A DNA stretch of 64,000 nucleotides, from positions 1,472,001 through 1,536,000 of the forward strand of contig CAVZQN010000004.1 in the NCBI GenBank assembly GCA_963777505.1, given 5' to 3'. This stretch comes from an uncultured bacterium. GTDB taxonomy: Bacteria; Acidobacteriota; HRBIN11; JAKEFK01. The position numbers and the translations under genes are program-made. Below, piece after piece: positions 40,696 through 50,076 of the stretch. A model generated the notes under the pieces. That model was given only the letters and a program-made list of their open reading frames with translations. It was not told the DNA's origin and ran no database searches. Position 1 is the stretch's first letter; every line of letters begins with the position of its first letter.

Positions 40696-41663
40696 GAAAC
40701 GGAAACTCCTTGAACTTTCATTTGCCAGTATTCAAATAAATCCTTCAAAGTGGTCCGCAAATCATACATGGGCCTCCAACCTGTTTGAGTTGTCAGTTTT
40801 TCGTGGCTTCCCAGGATGAGCGGCATGTCTACCGGACGAAATAAAGCGGAGTCTATTTCTACTTGAAAAGGTTTTCCGGAAAGGTCAATCAAGAGATGGA
40901 GAACTTCTTCAATTGATGGCGCTTTTCCTGAACAGACATTGTAAGGCTCACCAGGTTCACCGCTGTTTAGGATCGTGCTATAGGCTCTCACGACATCACG
41001 GACATCAGTGAAATCGCGGCGTGCTGATAGGTTTCCAACATGAATGCGATGAGGAGGTGGCTGGCCTGTCGCTATTGCGATCTGATAGGCAAAAGCGGAA
41101 CAAACAAAAGTCTCTTTTTGCCTCGGACCTGTGTGATTAAAAGCCCTGCAAATGTATACAGGTAGTTTTTCCGCACGCGCATACTGCATACCAAGAATTT
41201 CCTGAGCGATTTTACTTACCGCATAGGGCGAAGCGGGGGAGAGTGGAAAATCTTCTTTAATCGGTTGCTTTTCAGTGGGAACAATACCGTAAGCTTCGGC
41301 GGATCCTACCAACAGAACTTTAGGAAAGGCAGTCAATGAACGGCATGCTTCAAGCAAGTTAAAAGAACCAATAAAATTTGTCTCCATCGTCGCTCTACGA
41401 TGCGTCCACGATTCATGCACATGGGCAAGCCCTGCAAGATGATAAACAACTTCAGGTTTCACCAGCCTTAGAATCTTCTTTAAACGTGAAGCCTTAAGAA
41501 TATCTTCGCGATAAATCTGAATGCGCGGATGATCTTCAAGATGTTGAACTGCATGAGTAGGATGGATGATTCCTACAATCTGCACATCCGGATCTTTCAT
41601 CAGAAGATCGACTAGGTGGCTGCCAACAAAACCAGCAAGACCCGTGATAACAACTGTTTTCAT
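40692..41663 (-). CDS. GDP-sugar SDR (Gmd/Rmd-like)
   Basis: TGLAGFVG, SPYAVSK, RAFNHTGP, GNLSARRDFTDVRD. Confidence 0.85.
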   Translation of the reverse strand: MKTVVITGLAGFVGSHLVDLLMKDPDVQIVGIIHPTHAVQHLEDHPRIQIYREDILKASRLKKILRLVKPEVVYHLAGLAHVHESWTHRRATMETNFIGSFNLLEACRSLTAFPKVLLVGSAEAYGIVPTEKQPIKEDFPLSPASPYAVSKIAQEILGMQYARAEKLPVYICRAFNHTGPRQKETFVCSAFAYQIAIATGQPPPHRIHVGNLSARRDFTDVRDVVRAYSTILNSGEPGEPYNVCSGKAPSIEEVLHLLIDLSGKPFQVEIDSALFRPVDMPLILGSHEKLTTQTGWRPMYDLRTTLKDLFEYWQMKVQGVSVS

Positions 41664-41678
41664 AATCTCTGTCTCTTA

Positions 41679-41728
41679 GTAGGGGCCGCCCTTGTGGCGG
41701 CCCGGGCGACCACAAGGGTCGCCCCTAC
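41679..41728. repeat. Inverted doublet of a second GTAG-REP family
   Basis: GTAGGGGCCGCCCTTGTGGCGGCCC abutting the inverted copy GTAGGGGCGACCCTTGTGGTCGCCC. Confidence 0.85.
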
Positions 41729-41747
41729 AAACTCTGCGGTTATAGAG

Positions 41748-42710
41748 TTAGCGGATTTGTTCGCGCCAGTAATCTACGATATCACCAAGAGTCTTTTTGA
41801 AAGGAATTTGTGGTTTCCAACCAGTTGCTTTGTGAAACTTTGAAAAATCGCCTTTCAAAAGTGGAACATCGGAAGGACGCAAACGTGCAGGATCCTGTTT
41901 CACTTCGATTTGTAATCCTGTATGTCCGATTACCATACTGAGTAGATCGCGAATCGAAATCGCGTCTCCTGTGCAAATGTTGTAGACCTCACCTGGTTCG
42001 CATTTTTCCAGCGAAAGCCAATAGGCCTTCACCATGTCACGAACATCCGTAAAGTCGCGCTCTGCATCCAGATTCCCAACATAGATCACCGGCGGACGTT
42101 TCTTTCTCTCAATTTCAACAGCCTGTTTACTGAAGTTGGAGCAAACAAAAACTTCGCCGCGCCGAGGTCCTGTATGGTTAAAGCCTCGCGTACGAACTGC
42201 TTTAATTCCGTAAGACATGAAATACTGATATGCCAGATAGTCCTGTCCGACTTTGCTGACTGCATAAGGGCTCAGTGGCCGCAAGGGATTGTTTTCAGTA
42301 ATCGGAACTTCATCGGGATGCACCATTCCATATTCTTCACTCGAACACGCAATCTGCACCCAGCAATCCAGAAGTTTCGATTCGCGCAATGCCTCAAAAA
42401 TGTTTAATTGTCCAATGATATTTGTGCTTAACGATTCCGCAGGAGCGTTCCATGAACTTGGCACAAAACTTTGGGCTGCAAGATGGAAAATTTTGTCAGG
42501 CCGCACATCGGCAATCAGTGCTTTTACAGAAGATGCATCTACGAGATTGCATTCCATCACATTTACTTTATCCAGTAGATGTTCGATGTTTTCCATTCTG
42601 CTGCGCCATCTTCGGATCCCAAAAATTTCGACTCCGGGATGTTCTCGTAAGATGTATTCAGCGAGATGGCTGCCGGCAAAGCCGGTAATTCCTGTTATTA
42701 AGACTCTCAA
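41748..42710 (-). CDS. GDP-mannose 4,6-dehydratase / Rmd-like SDR
   Basis: ITGITGFAG, HLAAQSFV, SSEEYG, SPYAVSK, FNHTGPRRG. Confidence 0.88.
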   Translation of the reverse strand: MRVLITGITGFAGSHLAEYILREHPGVEIFGIRRWRSRMENIEHLLDKVNVMECNLVDASSVKALIADVRPDKIFHLAAQSFVPSSWNAPAESLSTNIIGQLNIFEALRESKLLDCWVQIACSSEEYGMVHPDEVPITENNPLRPLSPYAVSKVGQDYLAYQYFMSYGIKAVRTRGFNHTGPRRGEVFVCSNFSKQAVEIERKKRPPVIYVGNLDAERDFTDVRDMVKAYWLSLEKCEPGEVYNICTGDAISIRDLLSMVIGHTGLQIEVKQDPARLRPSDVPLLKGDFSKFHKATGWKPQIPFKKTLGDIVDYWREQIR

Positions 42711-42751
42711 TGAAATCCTCCAGATCTACCTCAACCAGAAAGACGCAGGAG

Positions 42752-43636
42752 CTATGATCGCAATTCGTATTCGTTGGCTTTCAGGTATGCAATGTATTCC
42801 GCTGTACTCTGTTGCCAGGTACGCGGTGTCTGACCTGTGGTTCGAATGTAATGCGAACAGCTCAAAACCGAGTAATTCGGCCGCTTTGCCGGCGTAGGCA
42901 AACTGTCATTTTTAACAGGTTCTACAGAATTGTTCAAGCCATACAATCTCAAAATTGTTTCAGCTTGCTCATGACGGCTGCATTCACCGGTATTGGAGAA
43001 GTGGTAAGTGCCTGTGCATTTGAGGGATAGAAGCTTCAGAACGGCAGCCGCAACATCGCCGGCGTAAGTCGGTGCGCCTATTTGATCTATCGGCGCTTGA
43101 ACTTTTCCCCCGGCAAAAGCTCGTTTCAGTATCTTTTTGGCGAAGTTGTCACCATTTCTGCCGAAAATCCAGGAAGTTCGTATGATCAGAAACGAACCGC
43201 CGCCAGCAAGGATTTGTTTTTCGCCTTCCAGCTTCGTGACTCCGTAATAATTGACTGGATTTGGTGGATGATTTTCCACGTATGGAGTGCTGTTACTGCC
43301 TTCAAAAATATAATCGGTGGAAAAATGAACCAGAAGTGAAGAATATTTTTTGCAAAGCGCAGAAAGGTGGCCGGGTGCTTGCGCATTTACAACGAAAGCG
43401 GTTTCCCGAAATTTTTCACAATCATCAACACGAGTGAATGCGGCTGCATTCAATACAAATTCGGGTTTATGTCTTAAGAATACTTTTTCAACTTCAAGAT
43501 AATCCGTAATATCGAGTTCTTGATGCTGAAATTCAGCAAGTTGCGCTCCGGAACAAGCGCGTGATAAGGCACTTCCAATCATGCCGCCGGCGCCCAGCAG
43601 CAAAATACGACGCCCTAGCGTGGGCGAATCTGCCAT
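42752..43636 (-). CDS. rfbD: dTDP-4-dehydrorhamnose reductase
   Basis: GAGGMIG, AAFTRVD, STDYIF, YGVTKLEGE, DQIGAPT. Confidence 0.92.
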   Translation of the reverse strand: MADSPTLGRRILLLGAGGMIGSALSRACSGAQLAEFQHQELDITDYLEVEKVFLRHKPEFVLNAAAFTRVDDCEKFRETAFVVNAQAPGHLSALCKKYSSLLVHFSTDYIFEGSNSTPYVENHPPNPVNYYGVTKLEGEKQILAGGGSFLIIRTSWIFGRNGDNFAKKILKRAFAGGKVQAPIDQIGAPTYAGDVAAAVLKLLSLKCTGTYHFSNTGECSRHEQAETILRLYGLNNSVEPVKNDSLPTPAKRPNYSVLSCSHYIRTTGQTPRTWQQSTAEYIAYLKANEYELRS

Positions 43637-44649
43637 GCTCCCTCCGTAATGGTTCCATAATGTTTCGTGTAAAAGTCGTTAAAATCCTTTTGCCGTTCGC
43701 GAATTCTCTTCCACCAACCTTCGTTTGCTGCATACCAGTCAACTGTTGATTTCAATCCATTTTCGAGCGACCAATCAGGCTTCCATCCAAGGGCGCGAAG
43801 CCGCGAACTATCCAGTGAATACCTGCGATCATGTCCCGGACGATCCGCTACATGTTGAATCAAAGAATCCGGCTTTCCAAGTAAGTTCAGGATTTCTGTT
43901 GTAATTTCCATGTTGGTGCATTCCTGATTTGCACTGACGTTATAAACTTCACCGGCCATTCCATGTTCCAACAAGAATAACAATGCGGAACAATGATCGC
44001 GGACATATAGCCAATCGCGAACTTGTTTTCCATCTCCATAAACGGGAACGTTCATGTTTTGAATCGCGTTCGTTATGAAAAGCGGAATTAACTTTTCAGG
44101 ATATTGATTTGGACCATAGTTATTGCAAGATCGTGTGATAACAACAGGCAAGTCATAAGTCTTAAAGTAAGAATATGCGAGCCGGTCCGCTCCCGCTTTA
44201 CTCGCAGAATAGGGATTAGCGGGCATCAAGTTATCATCTTCGGTAAATGAGCCCTGTTCACGGCTGCCGTAGACTTCATCCGTAGAAATGTGAATGAACT
44301 TTTTAATGTTGTATTTGCGTGCAGCTTCAAGCAAAACATACGTGCCATAAACATCCGTTCGGATAAATGCTTCGGCGCCATAGATGGATCGATCTACAAA
44401 TGATTCAGCTGCAAAATGAACGACAACGTCGCATGCCGACATAGCATGATCTACAGCTTTTGCATCGCAGATGTCACCCTGAATGAAGCTATAACGCGAA
44501 TCAGATTTAAGATCTTCAAGGTTTTCGAGATTGCCTGCGTACGTCAGCAAATCAAGATTTGTAACTTCGGCGGTTTTATCAGCTTCAAGGAGAGCATGCA
44601 CAAAATGGCTGCCAATGAACCCCGCCCCGCCTGTAACCAGATATTTCAT
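43615..44649 (-). CDS. rfbB: dTDP-glucose 4,6-dehydratase
   Basis: TGGAGFIG, LTYAGN, AAESFVDRSI, STDEVYG, YSASK, DRPGHDRRY. Confidence 0.95.
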   Translation of the reverse strand: MKYLVTGGAGFIGSHFVHALLEADKTAEVTNLDLLTYAGNLENLEDLKSDSRYSFIQGDICDAKAVDHAMSACDVVVHFAAESFVDRSIYGAEAFIRTDVYGTYVLLEAARKYNIKKFIHISTDEVYGSREQGSFTEDDNLMPANPYSASKAGADRLAYSYFKTYDLPVVITRSCNNYGPNQYPEKLIPLFITNAIQNMNVPVYGDGKQVRDWLYVRDHCSALLFLLEHGMAGEVYNVSANQECTNMEITTEILNLLGKPDSLIQHVADRPGHDRRYSLDSSRLRALGWKPDWSLENGLKSTVDWYAANEGWWKRIRERQKDFNDFYTKHYGTITEGAWQIRPR

Positions 44650-44733
44650 AAAATTAAAAATGAAAAATCAAAAATAAAAAATGAGGAACTCTTCTCTCTG
44701 TTTTTGATCTTTTATTTTTCATTTTTAATTTTA
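44649..44733. repeat. Inverted A/T-rich heptamer-repeat element
   Basis: TAAAATTAAAAATGAAAAAT.. on the left and its reverse complement on the right; related element at 51483-51555. Confidence 0.8.
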
Positions 44734-45804
44734 GTAAATATCAATCAGACTGTTATCTCCCACCAGAAATCGATAGACCTGCGGTGGACGATCGCTTCGT
44801 GCAATGCGCGTATTCATGCCTATCAGACTATCCTCTACACGCCGGTTGAGATGCAAGAGCTTGCTGCCACGAAGAACGATGCTATGTTGAAGTTCACTTC
44901 CACGAATCTCACATTGATCCTGAATCGAAGTAAATGGACCTACGAATGAATTTTCAATAACTGTATTTTCTCCAACGATTGCCGGACCTCGAATAGTACT
45001 TCCAATAATTTTTGCGCCCTTTCCGATTTCAACACGGCCATCAATCCGTGAAGCTGAATCAACTTCACCGTGAATTCCGCGTTGCAATGTTTCCAGGATC
45101 AATCGATTCGCTTCAAGCATATCGTCCAGCTTTCCTGTATCTTTCCACCATCCATCTACAATGTGCGGCTCAACACGATAACCTTTATCGATCAAATATT
45201 GAATTGCATCTGTAATTTCAAGTTCGCCGCGCCATGAAGGTTTCAAAATTTTCTCAGTTTCAAAAATATGATGATCAAACATGTACACACCGACAAGCGC
45301 CCAATTGCTACGTGGAGCTTTCGGTTTTTCTTCCAAACGGATAACGCGATTTTCCTCTAATTCCGCAACACCAAATTGTTCAGGATTCGGAACTGAAGCA
45401 AGCAAGATCTGAGAATTCGGCTTCGACTTCCGAAAATCATCGATTAATGATTCAATTCCATTTTTAAGAAGGTTATCACCGAGATACATAACAAAAGGAG
45501 ATTCTTTTAAGAATTTCTTTGCTGTAAAAACTGCATGTGCCAGACCGAGAGGTTCAGGTTGATCGATGTATGTGATCTTTGCACCCCAGCGGCTGCCATC
45601 ACCGACGGCTTCAACAACTTCATCTTTCGTTTCACCAACAATAATTCCGATATCGCGAATTCCTGCATTTGTTAACGCTTCAATCCCATAAAAAAGGATC
45701 GGTTTATTCGCCACTGGCATGAGTTGTTTTGCGCGGGTGTAAGTGAGAGGGCGGAGTCTTGTGCCTTTTCCTCCGCTTAAAATGAGTCCTTTCAGTTCCA
45801 TCAT
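44731..45804 (-). CDS. rfbA: Glucose-1-phosphate thymidylyltransferase, long form
   Basis: GGKGTRLRPLT..AKQL, WWKDTG, C-terminal hexapeptide repeats. Confidence 0.93.
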   Translation of the reverse strand: MMELKGLILSGGKGTRLRPLTYTRAKQLMPVANKPILFYGIEALTNAGIRDIGIIVGETKDEVVEAVGDGSRWGAKITYIDQPEPLGLAHAVFTAKKFLKESPFVMYLGDNLLKNGIESLIDDFRKSKPNSQILLASVPNPEQFGVAELEENRVIRLEEKPKAPRSNWALVGVYMFDHHIFETEKILKPSWRGELEITDAIQYLIDKGYRVEPHIVDGWWKDTGKLDDMLEANRLILETLQRGIHGEVDSASRIDGRVEIGKGAKIIGSTIRGPAIVGENTVIENSFVGPFTSIQDQCEIRGSELQHSIVLRGSKLLHLNRRVEDSLIGMNTRIARSDRPPQVYRFLVGDNSLIDIY

Positions 45805-45810
45805 CAGGCG

Positions 45811-48165
45811 CTAGAATCGGCGCGGAGGGGTGCCACTGCGGAAATCAACGAGACTCCCAAGATTCGGAAGGCTAACTGTAAACGTAAATTGGTTCTCATC
45901 GCGTCGGAAAGAATCATCCCCAAAATCAAATCGTCTCCACTCCATGCCTACGGTAAAACAATCATCATTGTAAAGGAAGCCGGCTGAATTGCGATACACT
46001 TTCTTCTCCAAGAAATCGTAATCAAACTCACCCGTAAATACAAATCTGTTCTTTAGAATGCCAAAGCCCCCATTTAAACGAACCTGGTGAGCATCCGCGC
46101 GGGTTCGGATTCCTTCGATACGAACTCGATTCGAATAGTTGTAGCTGACATTTGCATACCAACGTTCCTGATCCCTCAATGTCGAGCCAACATTGATATT
46201 TGTGATCTGTTTTTCGTAAACATCGTAGTCAATTCCAAAATCGATGTTGTAATTAACGCTTGGGTTTATCCGTAAATCTGAGCTAATGGGTGACATGGGT
46301 CGAAGCTCTGGAAACCTCTCTACATCAAAACGATCCGATTGCATCGAATAACTTTGTGATAGCCGCCATGAAATTAATTCCCATGGAGATTCAATCTCTT
46401 CTTCATAGGGTGTTGGATTGTAATATTGATATTCGTCTGGGTCATATTCTTCTGGTTCTTTGATTGGACGTTTTGAATAAAGTAAGTTTGTGATCCCAAA
46501 TGTAACTACATTCAAACCAAAAATATCATCGACATCATCAATTCTCAGTATGTTTGCAATTTCTTCGATATCCTGAATGTAACGATACGTAACCTGAGGC
46601 TCAATCGCGTGCTTCCATTTCTTGGAATAGGCCATATTTGGAGTGTCAAAGATTTTCGAAAAATTTGGACCGCGTAAATCTAATGCCATGTCCATATATT
46701 TTCGCGTCACGGCATCGTCTAGAATAACAGGAACATCACGTGATCCCGTCGCTTCTTGCTGTTGAGCGCTATAGTGCGTTACGCGATAGCCGAACCCTGG
46801 TGTAAGTGTCAGCCAGGATAGATATGTCATCGGAAATGAAATACCTGGAAACATATCGTAACGCTGATACTTGGAACTTAACTCGGAGCTGCCAAGTAGA
46901 TCGCTTCTACCAAGGTAGCTTGCCGATCCAGTGAAAGTCCAGAATAGACCAGTCGGCCCGATTTCCTGACTGCGTGCTTGAAATTCGAGTTCAGGCAAAT
47001 GAAAAAGTTGAACTTCGCGGGATCTTGAAAATTGCGTTTCAGAAAAGTCACCTAACAGGTTCATACTGTAATAAGACCAGTTACGCGTAAGAAATCCTTG
47101 TGCGCGCTGCTGTCTGCGCGCGGACCCCGCAAAACTGTTGTCTGCATCTTGAATGTATTCGAAACTGCTGAATACATCTGCCACACCAGCTACACGAAAA
47201 TCTTTTGGAAGATCATGTTTTACGTCTGCGTTTAATGTCCACTGTGGCCCTAATTCCTGATCGTCGGCATAATAGTATCTGGTAGAGCCTCCCGATTTTT
47301 CTCCTGTTGCATAACGGTATTCCGCGCCGCCAGCCCAGCCGCGAATTGCCCAATGATCGACCCAATATGTGCTATCCATCGAACGGCCCATCGCCCAGAA
47401 AAAAGAACCACCAACCCAGAATCCTTTACTGTCGTTGGGTCCAAATCCTGGAAACAGAAAACCAGTCGCTCGGTCACGTTTAATCGGCCAGATCATGTAA
47501 GGTGAATAAAAAATCGGAACTGTCTTTGCCTTTAAAGTAAAGTTCTTAAAGTGAGCATACTCGTTGAACGTTAAGCGTGTTGTGGTTGTTTTTAATTGCC
47601 AGTGCGGGAGAATCTGCGAACATTCGGTAAAGACCCCATCGTAAATCTTGTATTCATCTTCACCTAGCTTATCTAGCTTGGTGCCCCAGAAGAAAAATTG
47701 GGGAGGAACATAGCCAAAAACGTTATACATGGTTCCAGTCTGGTCCTCCATGTTCATTTCGAGCTTTTCACCCGTAATCCGTTGTCCTTCTTGATCCAAC
47801 ACTACATTTCCTGTAGCAATCAATTGCTTCGTAGCGGTGTCATACTCGGCTCGATCGGATTGAAGGCGGACCCCTTTGTACGCGATGTCGACGTAGCCTT
47901 CTAAGATGAAATAATTCGGCCTTACTTCATCCTGTGTTTGTGATGAAATGTGGAGTTGTTCTGTAAAATCAGATTTGGGAAGGGTTCCATAGCTCCCAAG
48001 TTCTTCACGGTTAGGATCGATGCTGTTTGTACCCGTGCCTTGAGATTCAGTTGGATAGACTCCGCCTGTCTCTTCCTCATCTTCTTCATCGCTTTGGGAG
48101 AAAACAAGATTGAAAAACAGGAGAGAAAATATTGTTATAAGAAGTGCCACCCGTGCAAGCTTCAT
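45811..48165 (-). CDS. lptD: LPS-assembly protein LptD
   Basis: Signal peptide from ATG 48165, OstA-like N-domain, FTEC...PHW, RATGFLFP, long beta-barrel with KHAIEP and NDDCF. Confidence 0.85.
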   Translation of the reverse strand: MKLARVALLITIFSLLFFNLVFSQSDEEDEEETGGVYPTESQGTGTNSIDPNREELGSYGTLPKSDFTEQLHISSQTQDEVRPNYFILEGYVDIAYKGVRLQSDRAEYDTATKQLIATGNVVLDQEGQRITGEKLEMNMEDQTGTMYNVFGYVPPQFFFWGTKLDKLGEDEYKIYDGVFTECSQILPHWQLKTTTTRLTFNEYAHFKNFTLKAKTVPIFYSPYMIWPIKRDRATGFLFPGFGPNDSKGFWVGGSFFWAMGRSMDSTYWVDHWAIRGWAGGAEYRYATGEKSGGSTRYYYADDQELGPQWTLNADVKHDLPKDFRVAGVADVFSSFEYIQDADNSFAGSARRQQRAQGFLTRNWSYYSMNLLGDFSETQFSRSREVQLFHLPELEFQARSQEIGPTGLFWTFTGSASYLGRSDLLGSSELSSKYQRYDMFPGISFPMTYLSWLTLTPGFGYRVTHYSAQQQEATGSRDVPVILDDAVTRKYMDMALDLRGPNFSKIFDTPNMAYSKKWKHAIEPQVTYRYIQDIEEIANILRIDDVDDIFGLNVVTFGITNLLYSKRPIKEPEEYDPDEYQYYNPTPYEEEIESPWELISWRLSQSYSMQSDRFDVERFPELRPMSPISSDLRINPSVNYNIDFGIDYDVYEKQITNINVGSTLRDQERWYANVSYNYSNRVRIEGIRTRADAHQVRLNGGFGILKNRFVFTGEFDYDFLEKKVYRNSAGFLYNDDCFTVGMEWRRFDFGDDSFRRDENQFTFTVSLPNLGSLVDFRSGTPPRRF

Positions 48166-48253
48166 GTCAAACAATTCACACCTTACCACGTGAGCTATTC
48201 TTTTTCAATGAAATCTCAGCGGCTCAGCGCTGGAAATTCAAGTACAATTTCAG

Positions 48254-49033
48254 TTGATGGAATGGATCGACGCGCATACTCATCTTGATTCTGACGATTT
48301 ATATATTCAAAAAGACGCAGTGATGGAGCGAGCTCTGACTGCTGGCATCGAAGGAGTGCTTCAAGTGAATAGTGAAGCAACTCCAGTAAGCATGCAGCGT
48401 TCAGCGGAAATTCTTAATGCTGATTCAAAGTTAAAACGATGGGGCGCATTTGGGATTCATCCGCATCAGGCGAGTCAGTACAGCGAATCACTCGAAGAAG
48501 AGTTGATGAAGTTCTTGCGCCTTCCAAATGTAATTGCACTTGGCGAAATTGGATTGGATTTTTATTACGATCATTCACCGCGCGAAGTACAGGAGCAAGT
48601 ATTTCAAAAACAATTACAACTTTCTTTGAAACTGAATTTGCCTGTTGTGATTCATTGCAGAGATGCGTACCCACGGTTAGCTCAGCTTTTGAAAATGGAA
48701 CAACCCAATTGGAGCGGAATGATTCATTGTTTTACAGGAAACCAGGAGGAAATGGAGCCGTTGCTGGAACTCGGTTTTCATATTTCATTCTCTGGAATTC
48801 TGACATTTCGAAGTGCTGGAGAATTACAGAAAGCAGCAGCGGCCGCACCACTCAATCGAATTCTCGTTGAAACTGATGCACCGTTTCTTGCGCCAGTGCC
48901 AAAACGGGGAAAAACGAACGAACCAGCATTCGTTGTAAATACAGGAAGCTTTCTCGCAAGCCTCCGAGGTATTTCAGCGGTGGAAATCGCAGAACAAACT
49001 TCTAAGAATTTCCGAAGCCTATTCCGTATTTAG
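48254..49033 (+). CDS. tatD: TatD-family nuclease
   Basis: DAHTH, GIHPH, GEIGLD, IHCRDA, HCFTG, ETDAPFLAP. Confidence 0.95.
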   Translation: MMEWIDAHTHLDSDDLYIQKDAVMERALTAGIEGVLQVNSEATPVSMQRSAEILNADSKLKRWGAFGIHPHQASQYSESLEEELMKFLRLPNVIALGEIGLDFYYDHSPREVQEQVFQKQLQLSLKLNLPVVIHCRDAYPRLAQLLKMEQPNWSGMIHCFTGNQEEMEPLLELGFHISFSGILTFRSAGELQKAAAAAPLNRILVETDAPFLAPVPKRGKTNEPAFVVNTGSFLASLRGISAVEIAEQTSKNFRSLFRI

Positions 49034-49155
49034 AACCACGGATACACACTGATGCACACGGATGTTTTATAAGTTCAAATCCGTGTTTATCTGTGTTTGT
49101 GGTTAAGAAAATCCGTGTTTATCTGTGTATCTGGTTAAATTAAGATCCGCGGTTA
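49034..49155. repeat. AACCACGGAT..ACACGGAT inverted-repeat element with duplicated right arm
   Basis: AACCACGGATACACACTGATGCACACGGAT followed by two ATCCGTGTTTATCTGTGT..GGTT copies and a remnant ATCCGCGGTT. Confidence 0.75.
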
Positions 49156-49165
49156 AATCTCCAAC

Positions 49166-49209
49166 TTGACGTAGACGGCGTCTCCCATTATATTGAAAAT
49201 GATTTTCAA
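49166..49209 (+). promoter_or_regulatory. fur promoter with autoregulatory Fur box
   Basis: TTGACG-N17-TATATT (49166-49194) overlapped by the palindrome TTGAAAAT-G-ATTTTCAA (49193-49209). Confidence 0.8.
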
Positions 49210-49218
49210 GAATTTATC

Positions 49219-49677
49219 ATGGAAGAAGAAATACAGGTATTACGAGATCATTTAAATAAGAAGCGGCTGAAAAAAACATCGCAGCGCGAAACGATCCTTG
49301 AAGTTTTTCTGCAGGCCAAGCGGCATGTAACAGTTGAAGAACTTCACAACCTTGTAAGGTATCGCGATCCCAGCATCGGGCTAACGACTGTTTATCGGAC
49401 GATGAAACTTTTTTGCGAATGTAATCTTGCACGCGCGAATTATTTCCAGGAAGGTCGCGTTCGATATGAACCGCAGCATAAAACTGCACATCATGATCAC
49501 ATGATTTGTTTGAATTGCGGCGAAGCTCTGGAATTTGTAAACGATCAAATCGAACGCTTGCAAGAAAAGATGGCAGCTAAATATGGTTTCCATATGACGA
49601 ACCATCGAATGGAAATCTTTGGCTACTGTAAAGATTGCAGAAGAACCTCCAAACGCGCCGAAACTGAGCTTTTGTAA
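49219..49677 (+). CDS. fur: Ferric uptake regulator family protein
   Basis: TSQRETIL, TTVYRT, HHDHMICLNCG, GYCKDC. Confidence 0.93.
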   Translation: MEEEIQVLRDHLNKKRLKKTSQRETILEVFLQAKRHVTVEELHNLVRYRDPSIGLTTVYRTMKLFCECNLARANYFQEGRVRYEPQHKTAHHDHMICLNCGEALEFVNDQIERLQEKMAAKYGFHMTNHRMEIFGYCKDCRRTSKRAETELL

Positions 49678-49688
49678 TTTAGCTCACT

Positions 49689-49709
49689 TTGAAAATGATA
49701 ATCATTTGC
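49689..49709. promoter_or_regulatory. Second Fur box immediately downstream of fur
   Basis: GAAAATGATAATCATTTGC (49691-49709), 16/19 identical to GATAATGATAATCATTATC. Confidence 0.75.
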
Positions 49710-49915
49710 AACGTAAACTCTTGAATTCAAACGGTTTATATTCGCGATACGCTTATTCCTTCATTATAAAACCAGCTGCAACTCTGAGGAAAAACGACTC
49801 GTGCGCCTCATTCGATGGTCCGGTCGATGTGATTTTGACCTAGCAATGAACTCAAAGATAGAAACAGAAATCCTAAATTTTGCATTCACGATTCCGCATT
49901 CCGAATTTTAAAAAG

Positions 49916-49945
49916 TTGACAGTTTAAAATCTGCCTCGTTATAAT
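49916..49945 (+). promoter_or_regulatory. Consensus sigma70 promoter
   Basis: TTGACA-N18-TATAAT. Confidence 0.85.
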
Positions 49946-49955
49946 GATCAGTCGT

Positions 49956-50048
49956 ATGTTGAGCTTGAAGTTGAAGCGATCGAAACGAACTAATCCGTTC
50001 CGATTTCTCAGTATAAGCAGCAGCAATAATTCTCCCACTATCAGGTGA
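49956..50048 (+). CDS. Putative leader peptide (30 aa, MLSLKLKRSKRTNPFRFLSISSSNNSPTIR)
   Basis: ATG about 5 nt after the predicted start site, no Shine-Dalgarno; stop codon lies inside the terminator hairpin. Confidence 0.55.
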   Translation: MLSLKLKRSKRTNPFRFLSISSSNNSPTIR

Positions 50049-50065
50049 TGGTGGGATTTTTTTTT
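50033..50065 (+). terminator. Intrinsic terminator (attenuator) upstream of the HNH gene
   Basis: TCCCACTATC-AGGT-GATGGTGGGA followed by T9. Confidence 0.85.
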
Positions 50066-50076
50066 GGTTTACAAAG

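Noticed and set aside
49034-49155. Repeats after tatD as a mini CRISPR array
   Set aside because: Units are inverted and degenerate, spacers are too short, and no cas genes are present.
49619-49843. 74-aa ORF overlapping the fur 3' end
   Set aside because: Overlaps fur, spans the Fur box, has no RBS or recognisable features.
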